A stretch of DNA of 64,000 bases from Octopus sinensis (lineage: Eukaryota): contig NC_043011.1 in NCBI RefSeq assembly GCF_006345805.1, positions 48,930,464-48,994,463 of the forward strand, written 5' to 3'. Both the position numbers and the translations under genes were made by a program. Below the pieces are notes generated by a model. It made no database searches. It saw nothing but the letters and a program-made list of their open reading frames with translations, and was not told the DNA's origin. Position 1 is the first letter of the stretch, and each line of letters opens with the position of its first letter. This document shows, in pieces, positions 62,298 to 64,000 of the stretch.

Positions 62298-62513
62298 CCC
62301 TTTAGTGTTCGCATTATTCTGCCAAAATTAATCCTTTTTATCCACATTGTTTGAACTAATCATGCATTATTTGAGCTTTGAGATTTTTGAGTGGGTAGCT
62401 GTTAATTTTTAAACGATATTGTAGGGCTGGTGTGAGGACCAGATCAGGCAAGTTTGACATAAAACAGGCCAGAATACTTTTTGGCCGATATGGCCGGTTT
62501 GAATGCTAAAGGG
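62298..62513. mobile_element. piggyBac-like MITE, intact
   Basis: TTAA|CCCTTTAGTGTTC ... GAATGCTAAAGGG|TTAA. Confidence 0.8.
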
Positions 62514-62859
62514 TTAATTCTTACAGAAGATACGACCTCTTCCTTGTGATAATGCAATGATCACCAATACCATTTGCAAAGTCATTGATGCTTGGAAAGG
62601 CATCCAATTAAAGAAGTGAAGCTGAAAAACAAGTTATTCAGAAGAGTAAGATATGGTCTCGAACCCATTTCAGAAAGTGCATGCTAGCATCTAAGTGGAC
62701 TTAGAATTCTAATGATTTATGTATATGAACTTATATATATATATATATATAGATATCACATAAAACATTTATGATCATTTATGTAAATGCATAACTTAAT
62801 ATTCTGTACATTTGGTGTGAGAGAGGAGAAAGAAGAAAGAGAGAGGAAGGAAGATAAAT

Positions 62860-62874
62860 AGATGTGTATGTATA

Positions 62875-62915
<41 letters not shown>

Positions 62916-63210
62916 ATATAGCTACAGATATAATATATATATATATATATCTATAGCTATATATATATATAGCTATATATATATATATAAATATACATAT
63001 ATATAATATATATAGCTTAGATATATATTTATATATGTATATATATAATATATAAATGTATATGTATATATTCTATATGTATATAGATGTGTGTGTATAG
63101 GTATACATATGCACATGCATAGATATATGTATATATATATATACATATATATATATGCATATATATACATATTTACATGTATACATACATACACACGCAC
63201 ACACATTTAA
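62860..63210. repeat. (TA)n-rich field
   Basis: Direct reading. Confidence 0.9.
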
Positions 63211-63621
63211 TGTCTTCCCATGCAGTTTGGAATCAATAATAAAAGAAACACAGTTATGGAAATATGGGAAGCATCCTGAAATATCGAAGTGTAATGTACA
63301 ATTACGAGTGAATTAATTCAAGTGAAATGTCCCAACCACATGACATTATGAAATTATTAAATTGTATTACAACCTATAAAGGGAAATTTGAAATTACATT
63401 ATATTTCCAGCACTTTCTCATTTATAATATTGTATGTAATTCTCTCCCATATGAAATGTGAGCAATTTCATTAGCTTTGAAACATATATAATGGTGCGGG
63501 CGTGGCTGTGTGGTTTAGAAGTTTCCCTCGCAGTGGTATGTTTCTGGGTTCAATCTCATTTGGTGGCAATTTGTGTCGCAGTCGTATTTATTATTTGATA
63601 TTTATAATCAAATATGTCCAG

Positions 63622-63762
63622 ACATGAATCCCAAGGATTTTGCCATCAGGTCCATCTTAGAGTCTTATGTTTCTGCTTATTCCTATTCAAATGTGTTAGA
63701 TCTGAAGAAAGCCAATCTGTCTTCACGGTTCATTGACCACCAGTTTGCAGGCCACGATCAAG
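63622..63762 (+). CDS. Candidate 141-nt symmetric (phase 1-1) coding exon, unidentified protein
   Basis: TGTCCAG| acceptor, strong donor CAAG|GTAAGA, open frame (D)MNPKDFAIRSILESYVSAYSYSNVLDLKKANLSSRFIDHQFAGHDQ(G), non-repetitive sequence. Confidence 0.35.
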
Positions 63763-64000
63763 GTAAGAGGTGATCATTTGGAAATGTAATTACTGCAATG
63801 GATTGACAATTTACATTAGAATGTGCGTGCCAAATATCATTATCCTACTGTAAGTTTATTTTGAATATATTAAGAAATATCACTGGATAAATCTTTTTTG
63901 GGGGCTCCCTGTATATCACCTTTCTTTTGTTCTTCAGGCAGACAAGACTGAGACTGGTCTTAAAATGTTGTGGTTAAAATCTGCTTGCACATTAATTTCA

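Noticed and set aside
1-64000. Most supplied ORFs ([28 protein letters not shown] types)
   Set aside because: They are translations of di-, tri- and tetranucleotide microsatellites or of SINEs that lack stop codons by composition.

Overview
Eukaryotic, extremely repeat-rich non-coding DNA. The SINE repertoire and microsatellite density point to an octopus or other coleoid cephalopod (inference). No prokaryotic genes, rRNA, true tRNA or CRISPR array are supported, and most supplied ORFs are translated microsatellites. The window contains: (i) dozens of tRNA-derived SINE copies in about five modular families (my labels A, B, D, E, G) plus a (TAA)n-embedded element (C); (ii) LINE remnants (one young 5'-truncated CR1-type copy, three RTE C-terminal fragments); (iii) two Penelope-like element (PLE) GIY-YIG remnants; (iv) decayed Tc1/mariner elements (two maT/DD37D deletion derivatives, one rosa-like copy) and TTAA-flanked piggyBac-like MITEs; (v) three weak + strand exon candidates. 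The main find is six hammerhead-ribozyme (HHR) motifs from several distinct short elements, mostly abutting (TA)n, three of them built as long fold-back inverted repeats. One has a fully canonical core (61456-61538), two share a compensated U3-A8 core variant (54341-54378, 10610-10646), and three are degenerate. All translations, folds and coordinates were read by eye; SINE and fragment boundaries are approximate.
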